From Utricularia gibba (taxonomy: Eukaryota > Plantae > Magnoliophyta): a stretch of 64,000 bases of DNA. The stretch spans positions 620,001 through 684,000 of the forward strand of contig NEEC01000016.1 of assembly GCA_002189035.1 (NCBI GenBank). The letters are read 5' to 3'. The notes beneath the pieces are model-generated. The model made no database searches. It was not told the origin of the DNA and worked only from the letters and a program-made list of their open reading frames with translations. The translations under genes and the position numbers were made by a program. Positions 36,236 to 48,816 of the stretch are shown in pieces. Each line of letters opens with the position of its first letter. The first letter of the stretch is position 1.

Positions 36236-37833
36236 TCACGAACCTTGATACCTCCAGGGAGATAAGGTTGGTTCACTGGATGAGGAGAGTTTCATTGAAT
36301 CACATTTTGGCTTCTCAGCTGGTTTCTCTGCAGGTGCATCAATTCTCCTGCAAGGTGATTCCTTGTTACTGAGAACTGTATGATTTCTTAGCAACAGAAT
36401 GTTGAAGAAATTTTACTCACCTTTCACCAAGTGAAGAGGATGAAGGGGAAGGATGATCCTTGAGGAACTTGGCTTGAGCTAAGCTTTCAGAGAAGTATTC
36501 CTTGCTGTCATAATTCAAGCTGGCTACCTGACTCTTGAACTGCGGTTCCAGTTCCCCAGTCACGAATGCAGGGGAAGAAAACAGGGAATGTGTAAACGAA
36601 TGATTATACGAAGGAATCACATCGAAGTGATGATGATCCTTCACATAAATAGAGCCACAGGAGATGAGCTGCATGATCAAATTTGCTGGTTTCAGCTTCA
36701 TGGCAGGCCGCAGTCGAGGCCCCTCTGCTTCAAGACATCTTTTGATGGTCTTGAGCCTCACAATATCAGCTCTGATGAGAGCCTCAAGAGTGTTAGTCTG
36801 GTAGCTAGGGAATGATTCACTGGATGTCAAGAGAGTAGGCGAAATGAAGCCCCTGCTTGACTCTGGAGCCTCTTTCATTTCAAAAGCTCCCTTCTCATTG
36901 CATCCTTCCTTTGAGTGTCCAGCGTGTTGAGTGCTAACTCCAGAGGCTTCAACATCGGTCTGAGTCGAAGCGTCGACGAAACGCAATCCGCAGTTGAATG
37001 AATTCTTCATGCTGATATAGGAATCTGGAGATGCAGCAGAAGAACAGGAGCGGTGATGCGTGGGGAAAGGTACTCAGTGTGAGATGCTCTTCTGGTTCTT
37101 CCATTCAGGTTTGATGAAGATGAAGAATCATCCCGGATTCTAGGCTCCTGCTGTGACTTTGTCTCGTTTAATGCAATGGTTTCAGAGGGACTGCAGCCAC
37201 CTAGAAGAAGAAGAAAGCTTGTTGCTGAAAAGCATGAAACTTTTGTATTCTGAAGCAAATGCAGAACTGAGAAACTACCAGAATAAGATCCTTCAAAGAG
37301 TTCTGAGCCCTTGAGAACATACTCATTACCATTAGTAGGAAGAATCAGATCTTCTTCACATAGATCATGCCACACATATCCATTCTTGTAGCTCCTGCAT
37401 CAACAAAAACAGCACCGATTTGGAGAAGCTGGGATGGAAAATAAGCAGATGAACCACTTTCACCTCTTGCAGGACCAAGAATACTTCGCTGCTATCCCTC
37501 TGCCCCTCACAGAATTCAGCCTCACAATGACATCTACAAGTTATATAAACTTCGCCTCAAACTTCAACAACGAAACTACTACTGAGAGAATGTTTCATAA
37601 TCGAATTTATGAGAGGCAAAGCTACCTCTGAGACGAAGCCCATCTGAGGAGGATACAGGGACCTCCATGAAATGGGGATGCTCTAGCTTTCCCTTGCTGG
37701 ATAGGTAATATACTATTGGAACTTTGCTGCTGCATTGCTCAAGCTGCTGCCGCTGATACTCGGGAGATTTTTCAGACCATACTTTTGTTCTTCCTGGACT
37801 AAGATGCCCGTACTTTCTCACTGTCCCATCCAT
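36236..37833 (-). CDS. SOK: SOSEKI family polar protein (DIX-like / DUF966), apparent 1-bp deletion at 37062-37065
   Basis: [32 protein letters not shown]...YSWSCKR|[26 protein letters not shown]; DASTQTD; LISCGS (CG motif). Last exon inferred. Confidence 0.9.
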
Positions 37834-39249
37834 TTCTCACCTTCAGCATCAACTTCCGGTATCAAATGTTCCAAAACCAACCTAAATGGAACAGTGGAAC
37901 TTCTTCACTAGTCTTAAACAATGCACATCTCTACAGACAGATCTCTCGCAATTCAAGTTCAATAACTAAAGACCGGAACTTTTTCTCTGATCCTGCACAG
38001 CCCTCTACAGAACAAAAAGGGATGATAACAAGCATTACACATTCAACGTATATCTGTGTGTAAGATGCAGCGGAGATGAAGAAAATATGGACCCAGTTCC
38101 CGATTACCGAGTATCAAATAAAAATTGCAGCTTTTGGAGAAAAAAATGAAGCCAGATTAGCAAATGGGAAGCAGAAAGCAAAAGCAGGATTAATGGCGAA
38201 AATTTGAGAGATGGGGCTGAAGAAAAGGACCAGAGAAATGAAGATGAAGGGGAAAGAAAGCAGTTTTTTTTTTTTTTTTGCAATATGGATGCCCAGCCCC
38301 TCATCCAGCACTCCCTCTGCTGTTTACAGTTTTCAATTTAGCCAGCTGCAATGAATGATTGATTATCAGAGAATGTCTTCAACAGCTTCGACAGATCCAA
38401 AACTTTCACTTCATCCCTGCTTCCTGTAGTAACCCCTTCATGGATAAAAAAAGTAAAAAACGGATTCTGTTTGGTGTGATAACTCCCGCTGCTAGTCCTG
38501 TAGGAGAAGGATTGAATGTCGGGGAAGGATTATTCGATCTACAAAGAAGAAGTGCTTGTCCAATAATGATGTGAGAAGTAATGGAAATTGAATGGAGTTA
38601 GTTGGGAATATTGAATATCCAAACATGATGGTGTCTTTAAAACATGATGACATCTCATACCATCGGGGTCTCCACTACCGACGTAGAGGCTACCACTCCC
38701 ACCGCCAGTGCGCCCCTCCCTTATCCATCCATCGCCTTGGTGGTACCAGGTCGGAGATGCAAATTTTCTTGTTCGAGGTACCAAAGAATTCATCTTTTGC
38801 ACCGATACTCACGGCCTGGTTTCTGCATCAAAATGGGTGGTAAACAAATCCGAGAATTACAAAAAAAATCGAACAAGGACATAGTGAGGTAGAAGAAGAT
38901 GAAGAAGAAGAGAGAGAGGTCCGTACTTTTACTGTGATTGTTGGTTTTACAGTGAGACGACGCTAAATATACACTCTTTTAAGCTCAGGCCACTGCTCAT
39001 GGACCCAAAAAGCCCACCGGTTTCAAATCATGATGTTTTTTCTTTCCTTTGGTCTAATGCCGGCACCGCCGCTGCATAGTTTTGATGACGGTGGTGTCCA
39101 GCAGTTCCGGTACCGGCGGAATGAGGAGGTGGCCAAGCGGCGGTGTGTAAAACAAAGTCAAACCTCATGGTTCTTGCTTATTCGACACACATTCTGACGC
39201 AAGAACGGAATCTAACAGCAGGGCAGTTTTTCTATGGCAAAACGAGCCA

Positions 39250-40906
39250 TCAAACCGCAGCACTTGCAGTTGTTTTCGCGATGCTTTTGGTGTCGAATAT
39301 TTCGATCCAGTAGCCATCGGGATCCTTGATGAAGGCAATGTCCTTGATCTTCCCTGAAACACAAAAGACAGCATGGTTTATGCACATCACAGAACCAGCA
39401 AACAGGGGAAACAAAACTGTTGTCATGGTGGTATTGTGCTGACCATCCTCAGGTTTCTTCACAAACTCCACTCCTAAACTTTCAAATCTCTTGCATGCCT
39501 TGTGCACATCATCCACCGTGATACCAATGTGACCTTGGAAGAGAAAAACGCATACATTTGTTGTACTCAGAACAGAGGCGATGCTTCAGTGGAAGACATT
39601 TGATACCATTGAGGAAAAACCATGATCAGAGAGAGTTATACGGTTCACGTACCAAAGCCACGGGGTTCGGAGTTCCCATTGTGATAACCCTGGAACTCGG
39701 GATCGGTCTCGGTACCCAGTTGCTATGGAAACAAATTTCATTAGGCAACTAGCTGACAATTAACAATGCCTTCTGCTAAACGGTGTGGAGAAGAAGAATC
39801 TTACTGTGTAAGCTCAAGCACAGCTTTCTGTCCGAAAGTCCAAGCAGTACGCTCAACAGGATCAGTCGGAGCAGAAGATACATCCTAGACATAGATAACA
39901 ACCCACATTTTCAAAAGACAGATCCACAACGACACTGAAAGAAATGAATTAACAACTTTTCTATTCAAGTGTACGGTAACCTCACCTCATATCCCAAAAA
40001 GTACAAGGAAAACTTTATTTCTTCAAAATCCAATCTCTTAAGCAACCTGTGGTCAGGAAATTCAGTAACTAAGAAAAAAAAAGATAACTACCATTCACAT
40101 AATTCGAGAGTACGAAGAAGAGATTATCACTCACGACATGCCCATAATTCGAGAGTAGAAATCAAGACTGACTTTGGGGTCCTTAACACGAAGCATCTGG
40201 GTACAAAAAATGTGGTTATCTCTATCAAAACAGGCTCAAATAAGTAGACATGTACACGAGCATGTGTGGTAACTGATACTCTCACCTCCTCAATTATTAA
40301 ATGCATTTCATCGTAATCAAGATAGAAATGAGATAAAAAAAAACATTTTTGAGTCTACAAGGTTATTGTGTTGGACAAATTATCCATCTGCAATTCTATA
40401 GAAAAGTGGCTGGTGGGAGAAGAAATCAATTGTCTTTAAAAACAAATTAGCTTCGGATACACAAATCTCGAGTTTTCCCAATCAGTTTCGAAACTTCAAG
40501 CTAATTTTATCAGGGAAAAATCAAACAGGAACAGCAAGTTCAATCGAAATGATGGCTTACAGTTTGCTGCAAGAAATAGCTCTTAGTCGCCTCATCATCT
40601 GGCGCATGGAGACCTGGGTTGTTCTCAGCTGATTCTTTAGACGCCATAACAGTGGTCGTCGACAGAAATCTTCTGGCTTTACCCAAACCCTGCGAAAAAA
40701 AAGTCACAGAATGAAAAACCCAGAAACAAAATAAAAACAAAGAAAAGGAAAGCGGATACAGAACAACGAAATCGCCCAATATTTCACCCCAAGACCTCAT
40801 CTTTTCGCACGGATAGTGAAGAAAAGGTCGGTGGAAAAACCAAATGCGCCGCTCGAACGGCGCGGCTGAGGCGGCAACAAGCGGAAGCCAACGAAAACGC
40901 AGCCAT
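39250..40906 (-). CDS. GLX1: Lactoylglutathione lyase (glyoxalase I, Zn-type GLX1) with N-terminal transit-peptide extension
   Basis: YFLQQT|[20 protein letters not shown]|[16 protein letters not shown]|..LELT|[16 protein letters not shown]..|[18 protein letters not shown]|..[16 protein letters not shown]; ATGs at 40906 (long form) and 40647 (short form). Confidence 0.95.
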
Positions 40907-41483
40907 TGTTTCCTTGGTATTGGAATTAGATAAGCCAAAGAACAGACGATCACATACCTTTTGAGAAGAAAACGTGCAAGATTATGCTGGAGCAAAGCTA
41001 CTTCACTGATATCAGCTTCTCAAGATCTGGAAGGTGCAGTTCCACCATACGATACCACCGAAATTCATTCCCAATTAAATCATTTATTCTATTTTATTAA
41101 TAATAAATTAATTCTTAATAAACCAGTGAACGCAGCGGCGGAGTCATCGCCGGAGGAGAATGGCGGCAGCGGAAATGAAATGCGACCACCGTACGACTAC
41201 GGTAAGTGCAACCCCGGCGGCATTATGCAACTAAATCAACAGGTTCCAATGATGCCGCAGCCGATCTTGAACCCTAACCCGGGTCCGCATGGCTTTGCAG
41301 GATTTCATGTCCAGGTAATGCGTTTCTTGGGTTTAGACAATCGTCCGACCCGATCACGATTCCGATGATCATACAAAGGAATCAAAAGAACTAAATCCGA
41401 GAAGTTCTACTTGGACTGTTGGTGGGTTTCCTGTCTGAGGAAGATGACGATCTACAGCAAGAGTGTGCGTGCGCATTCAATGC

Positions 41484-44400
41484 TCACCTCATGTGAAGAT
41501 GGTTCCTCCTCCGCCCTGGGAAACAACCAGGAAGACGACGACCGCATTTCATGAACAGGAATACCAGTACTCGATAGCAGAGAGCCATGACGAGGAGTAT
41601 GAGGACGTTCCTCCATTTGGCGCCTGGAACAGGAGATATTTCGTACACGTTCCTCAGTGCATCGTATCCCGACAGTGTCCTCACCTGCCCCACGGCGAAT
41701 GAGGTTCCCGTGTACTCGTTCTCCAGCAATCCCTGCAGAAAACAGAGAACCATAACCAGATGAACTCTTGATGATGGTTTGAAGTGCTGGTTTTACCTGA
41801 ATGGAGTAGGTATGGAAGGCAACGAAGGAGATGGGATACATCCACACATAGTGAGTCAATGCGCCTCGAATCCGATAATATCCGGCTGAAAGCATCATCA
41901 GCATCTGGGGAGGAGGAAGCACAATGCACATCAAGATAATGAACTGGGTAGCCAACTTCAGAAGGATGACTTACATGGATAGTGATCAGCAGCAGGGTGC
42001 TATGGAAGATGGATTCGGAGATGGAGGCGGCGAGCAGGACGAGTCCTTCGTTGACAAAGAGGCACATGAAGAAGTTCACCACAAAATACACCAGAAGGCT
42101 GAAGTCTTCTCGCAGCTTGATGAGGAAATAGAAGGGTACTGAAGATGAGACAGAGAGTAAAAACAGAAATGGAATACTAGAGAACAAGTGGCCGAGAAGA
42201 AACGCTAGTCTCCCAGAGTGCTGGTTTGCTTCCTCGCATGCGTATATCTGCATACCGCCAGGTACTTACATTAGCTTTGCTTTTCATTTCTACTTCACAA
42301 GCATAAACAGACATGGCCCGGAAACAGATACCTTGATTTCTTTTACTTGTGCAGGGAAAGCAGCTATGCTGAGAAGGGATAGAAAGGAGACGAACACAAA
42401 AATGGCACTAACTCTTGGCTGCAAGTTCAAGGACAAAAAAACAACAATTAAAGTGAAACTTCAGGTGCGGGGCGAAGGCAACCAAAAAGAGAAAAAGTTC
42501 TTCGGAATGCCAAGAATAAAGATGGATAGAATGCAGTTTCCAGGAAGGACAAGTATGGTAATAATAACTTACAACAACTGATGATAAAGAATGCCCCAGG
42601 CCCCAAAATGCTGTTCCAATACATGTCGACAGGAACACATACAGAACTAAGCGAAGCCAGTAGTATTTCCACTCCCTGGACATAACTGTCAAGGATCTCC
42701 ATGTTAATATGGCAACTTTGGCAAAGAAGTTTGCCTTTCCTTTGCTCTTGAGGAATGGACCTTCCTGTAGTTAGTCGTCAGATAAATTATTCGAGCCATA
42801 ATGCATCATATGTATCACTTCTGACATGTAAAACAACCTTTTCCTTAAGCTTCAAAATCATGGAGTCAACAGCTGCAGCATCTGAGGATGATTTATATGT
42901 TGCTTCAAGTGTTCGTATTGCTACAGCTGTGTCCATATTAACTGCAGAAAGCTCACCATTGTCGTCCTGCACAGTCACAGACTTACAATTAGGTGTGTGA
43001 ATACATTCTCACCCATAGAGAAAAATAGAAAAAAAAAAGTTAATCCTAGTCAACCTTATGGTTCATACCTGCCAGTTTTTGTACATTGCAATGATTCTAT
43101 CAAAATCTGTGTTTATAGCTCTTAGGAAATGGTCTGATGGGCTTTGCATAATGGGGCAAGGAAATCCGGCATTGGCAAAATGCTTCAAAAAATGGAGGCA
43201 ATGTCTCAGTCTAAACGTCTAAGAAAGACACAGGCTCCTCATAAATCTTGTACACTTCAATGTTTTTCGTAAAGGTAGAATTCATATAAGTGGGGCATGG
43301 AAGACCAACATTTTAAAAAGCACTACCTGCAGGCAAGAAAGTGTTTCCCCAAAGAACAATGTGTTTCCATTGGAAAGAAGACATATCCTGTCAAAAAGGC
43401 CGAAGACTTCGGTGCTACTTTGATGAATAGTGAAGATTAGAGTGCAACCTGTGCTTGCAAGCTTCTTCAATGTGACCATCATCAACAGAGCAGAAACACT
43501 GAAAAGGAAACAATATTTAAAAAAATCGGCATTGAAACACATCAAATATATGGGAACTGAAAATAAAACCTGTCTAGCTGATACAGAGGCTCATCAATGA
43601 ACAGAATATGTGGTCTCGTCACGAGCTCTCGTGCAATTGCTACTCGTTGTCTCTCACCCCTTGGAAGTCCCTTCATGAAACAGTGGCCTCCAATAAGCTT
43701 ATTTGCACAGTCCTCCAATGACATGGCGATGATGGCATGATCAACTGCACCTCTCCTCTGGAAACAGCCAGGAAGCTGAAGCAGGGATGAGTAATAAAGG
43801 AACTCGCGCACTGTCAATGATTCTATCAGCGTTGTTTCTCTATCAGCGTATCCCTGGATGCAATACCAAATCAACTGTAATTCTCAAACATGCTACTAAA
43901 AATCAAGAATAACTTCAGGACAGTCGCATGCTTGATGAAAATAGACTGCCATTATCATCTTGTTGGTACATCACTATAGCCAGTTTTCTGAGAAAATGAT
44001 CACATCCAATGCATCAATGGACCACATTCCGCATGCAAAAAAAATGGAAGTGGTGCATCAACACACATCTCTACAATAAAATGAAAGAGTTGCAGCGTAG
44101 AACTTACAAAAGTGCCATACGGTAAGCATGATTTTACACCATTAAAGAAAATCTCTCCATGAATTCTGGCAGACTCAGGCAATCTTCCTGGAATTTGGAT
44201 GCAATAACAAGACAAAATTCAATCAATATTCTGAGATGAATCTATATTAACGCATCAGAGTAGAAAAACCTGCTAAAGCTCTCAACAGTGTTGATTTCCC
44301 GGATTTAGCCGGACCCATGATCACTGTCATTGTCCCTGGCAATGCATACCCATCAGAATTCTTGATAACCATGTCCGAGTACTTCCGTTTACCCTTTATC

Positions 44401-44735
44401 ATGACTGCCAAATCTTTCCACACAACTGAGGCCCCCGCAATTCTTCTTGCAGTCTCAGGCAAAGAAGGTGATGGTAACTGTCCAGTGTTGAGCTTTAAAC
44501 GAGAAGGAGAGATGGGGTCAGCGGCATTGTTAACAGAGTCTCCTCGAACTTCCTCTACTTTATCCTCAGCATCTGTATCTTCCCAATCAGGGGAGTCTTC
44601 AAAAGAAATAGGTTGCCTGATGTTTCCTGGTTTTCTTACGTAAAAGTAACTGCTTGAAGGCACTCTGCTAGTGGGGCTACTGGCAGAAGATGATGAGGAT
44701 CGATAATGATCCAAATGAGATTGAATTTCTTCCAT
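41484..44735 (-). CDS. ABCG3: Half-size ABC transporter ABCG3/WBC3-like
   Basis: MEEIQS..YRSSSSSASSP N-terminus, Walker A GPAKSGKST, signature GLPRGERQRV, Walker B LFIDEP, IHQSS, C-terminal ABC2 membrane domain. Confidence 0.94.
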
Positions 44736-46163
44736 TTACTAATCCTAAAATCGACTTCAAATCAGAAGGGTGACTGAAACTACCACACCAACAGCACAAG
44801 AAACAATCACAGTTGCTTACTTCTTTAAGCGAGAAGTATAGACGCAAGAGCAATACAGAAATTCATAGCATTAGGCCCTGAAAACTTCATCATAGACCGT
44901 GCATTGAAAATCCATTTCAAGTTACTCAAACGCCAGTTTATAAAAATTGCTTCTAGCTACTACCCAAGTTTCTGTTTTCTACCGGAGCAGTTCTGCATAA
45001 GATGAAATCTCTTCAAGGAAAAGCGTTTTGAATGAGCCGGGGAATAAAAACCTCAAAACATAATAATGAACCCATCAAAAATACAGGAAGCGAACAGCAT
45101 CAGGTTCACTCGGGGCCAATAAACCTCAACGGCGATAATCTAGCCAGAGACTCGAGTCCGGATGGGTGAAACACAGAAATGCGGGATCTGGGGCCTGGGA
45201 TATCAGACACGACGAACAAACGGCGCCACCTGAAAGAGAGTGCTCCAGAATACAGTAACAAGGGTATGAAAGCTGATGGTGACAACAATTAAGTGGAAAA
45301 GCAAGCAGTAATTAGGAAAGAAAACTGGATTGATTTCAACATTCGAAATACCCATGAGAGCGCTTACAAGTTCCACACCTTTTTTCCTTTCCCGCGTGCA
45401 CAAAAATCAATATAAGCAAGTTCATAAACACTCTCATTTACATAAAGGTCTGTTCTTTATCACCCAAGGAGCAACCCAATATTACCATTAACAGGAAAAG
45501 CATCCCTGCCCCGTGAAATGTCCATCTAGTGTGGGGCTGGAGTGTTGTGAGTATCGAGGACCAAGAAAAGCAAATGTCTTTTCTTGAATGATTGCATTGC
45601 GGGAATAACACAATGCTCAGTTACCCAGACGTCACTATTTTGAAAAGCTTTCATCTTATGCATGTCCCCTGCTAACTAAAAACCTACAGCAAGAGAAATA
45701 AAGGTCCTGTGAGGGAATCGTCTGAGGTGGCAAGAGTTTCAACATTTGGGATTTCCATGACGTAGCAAAATCTCATTTTTAGATTTCCCTGTGAGATTCC
45801 TGGCTGCCGAAGATGCCGAAATTACGCTTCAAATTGTCGGCCTAAAAAGTAAAGGAATAATATGCATAACAAGTAACACCTCTTCGTGCTCATGCTGTCT
45901 TGTTCTCTACTACATGTACTTTATTAAGTAGCTGCCTTCCTCATCTTCGACTATTATCCTGTATGGTGTAATGCACGTATATCTGATCCCAATATGTTTC
46001 CAATCTCTACAAATCATCATGAAATTTCACATAGTCCACGCTAATCACAACTTTTATGGCTAGTTTCTGCTACTGTACCACAACTGCACAGAAAAATCAT
46101 TTTTCACTAACAATAATAACAGGGTTTGTCATCGAAGTAACAATCACCTGCTGCATATAAGTA

Positions 46164-46572
46164 TCACTGTCTTGTGACAGGCTTATAGAGCACAACAGTG
46201 ACATACTTCGATCGAAAGCGATGAGTGACCCCGAGCGCCACAACAGATCTTGGAGGTTCTCTGTTCTCAATATAGAGATGATTTATGTTCACATTTTGAG
46301 GAGATGGGAGTGGTCCGCAAGGATCACTAGGAGCAGAAAGGTTCAACAAAGTGTGGCTCAAATGTGGAGGAAGGGCTGGGGGCTCTCGGCCGTCGTCATC
46401 ATTTCCTGGGTACACATTGTTGTAACTTGCTTCAGGTGAATTTGGAACGTCAAATCCAACAACACTCACTTGATCCTAATAAAAAGAGAATCTAAATTAG
46501 AACGACTGGTAAATAAGAATACGGATACCTTGTCTCGTGACTTACTTGGCTCTCACCATACTGGTGGTTCAT
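46164..46572 (-). CDS. KINB3: SnRK1 regulatory subunit beta-3 (ASC domain only), 2 coding exons, long intron-containing 5' leader
   Basis: MNHQYGESQ|DQVSVVGFDVPNSPEASYNNVY..EPPALPPHL..PQNVNINHLYIENR..RSVVALGVTHRFRSKYVTVVLYKP. Confidence 0.93.
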
Positions 46573-48710
46573 TGCAAGTTTCCAAAAATTGAGTCCCTGA
46601 AAAAACAGCCCCCAAAAAATTGTCACCTTTGCTAGCATAAAAGATTTTAGTTCGAGTTTTACCCAAATGAATGAAAACTTTCACCTTTAGAAAAAGCGAT
46701 ATAAAAATTTTAACAGGAAACATTTCTAGTGTATATTTAGTATACTACGTAGAGAGCAGAATCATCAACACTGACAGTTAATTAATTCAGGGCAAACGCG
46801 CTGTTAATAGCAAAGAATTCAGATGACAAGAATTATTTGAGAACTTTAGGGGAAAAAATCACCAATAAAGAACACATAAAAAGTCAAGATCAGGACCATC
46901 TCAAAGCCCAAAAGGTTAAATGTACGTTTAGCAGCACCAGGATTAAAACTGGTACATTGAACACAACAGTTTAAATGGCGGCTTTTACATTACAATCCCA
47001 TACCAAAAACAACAAGTGATGAAAAAAATAATTTCTTCACGAATTCAACTTCCGGGTACCAATATGGCCTAGTCGCATTTATAAGCTTTTTAAACAACTA
47101 CACATATTCAAGTTCCAAGCATCGACTTCAAAATGCATTCACAAACAATTGCCCACTGAGCAGTGGAAAAAACCTGTTCTTCGGAAATAAGTTAAAGCTG
47201 TATTCTTTCACATATAAAGCAGACAACTTTACAATCCATCATTAGAATACTTTAAAAAAGTTGGAACTTCTGTACGTTGATACACATGAAAATTAAATGT
47301 TAATCAGACATCAGTTTTCCATGTGAATTACCGGATTTCTTTAACGAGAAGTAAAATCTTTGTGCGACGAACAAAGACCTGTTTAACATAAAGCCTAGCT
47401 AGACTGCACATAAAGAAACTCAGGCACATGAGTGAAATCCAAGAAAAACATGAACACTATGCGCCACTAAGCTCACACAGATTAAAAGCCTCAGCCATTA
47501 ATGCGTCCGAATTACTAAATGTGCAGCCACTAAGATCATCAGGTGATATAAACCCGAAAACATGCAAATGAATCGCCAGAATTCATTGACCGGAAATCAA
47601 GAAATAAAATCACATGCAAGGCCGATGCCCAAGTTTACAAAAAAAAAAAAAATTCAAGAATAACAACTCGCATTCCTCTACTTCCAAAATAAAGTAAAAT
47701 TTTTTGGCATGTACCCAAAACACCATCAGAACTAACGTGAACTGCATCTAGAAACCCGTATGCCCAAAAATGAAAAAAAAAAAAAAAAACGATGACCGAA
47801 AATGTACAGTAACAGAAAGAACAAAAAATTAAGGAAAGAAATAGAAGAACCATTCACTACGACATCAAAACAAAACCGCTTTTGACCCCAAAAGACAATG
47901 GAACTCCCCACAAAAGTCAATGAAACAACCACCAGAAATTGAAGAAGCAAAAACATTGACAGCCCCAAGACTCGCTACCTCAAGAGGTGCCGACGGAAAG
48001 AAGGATACCACACAACCAAGAATTTCGAAAACTTCCGACCATCACAACCTTTTACCTAGAAGATTCCGCCAATAGATTCTTGACCAACTTATTATTCGCT
48101 TTAGCAGGGATTTCAAAAGTAATCGTTGGTAGTAGATGGGCCTCCAGAAATCCCGGCCCATGGGCCTCCACTTATGCCTGCCCTGCTGGCACGTCTATAA
48201 TTATATTAGTAATATTTGAATTTTAAAAAATAATTAAAATTTAAAGAAATTTAAAAATATTTCCTTTTCTAAAAAAGGAAAGACTTGGACCACAGGGCGC
48301 AGAAGTAAGTACCATCAATTTAGGGTTTATAAGGATGGGGCAACTCTATGAAAAGACACTTCACCATAAAAGCCAGGCACCCTTGGCCTACCAATCGGGT
48401 CCGCTGTCGGGTCAAAGTGTTGGATCCAATTATACCTTTACTTTTTTTCCCCAAATGAATTTAATTTTATATAATACGAATCAGGAGGCTAATGAGGTAC
48501 GCGAGACGAACCTTCTGAACCCTTCCCTCTGTTCTCGATCTCCATCTCCTCCTCACGGCTGGTGCAGCGGCGATCGGTATCGTTCTTCGTTCCCTCTCAG
48601 CCCTGGATCTACTTCTTCTCTGTAGAATCCGATCAATCCGCTTTCTTTCCTGCTGTGTTGGGAGTGAGGATTGAGAAGGATAAGCGGATGAACTGCGAGA
48701 GCGAGGCGTT

Positions 48711-48816
48711 GTTTTCTGGTGCAGCATCCTCAAGATTCACGCAACCAGAGACTGTTGACGGTGCTCAGCAGCCGTTAGATCGTGAGAATCTTGATGATGC
48801 TGCATCGGCAATCAAC
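48711..48816 (+). ncRNA. MIR172: MIR172 precursor hairpin
   Basis: Exact mature miR172 AGAATCTTGATGATGCTGCAT at 48785-48805; star arm GCAGCATCCTCAAGATTCACG at 48721-48741; TATATAA at 48468. Confidence 0.97.

Noticed and set aside
172-37065. Programmed frameshifting or RNA editing as the explanation for the -1 frameshifts
   Set aside because: They occur in unrelated genes, always as one missing base in a C/G run, with no shared slippery site or structure; sequencing error is simpler.
38539-38892. Three overlapping ORFs with a faint resemblance to a LINE RNase H start
   Set aside because: Too weak; catalytic residues are not recognisable.
39064-39146. 10-bp inverted repeat CACCGCCGCT / AGCGGCGGTG around a CCGGTACCGG palindrome
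   Set aside because: The intervening sequence does not extend the stem; not a convincing hairpin.
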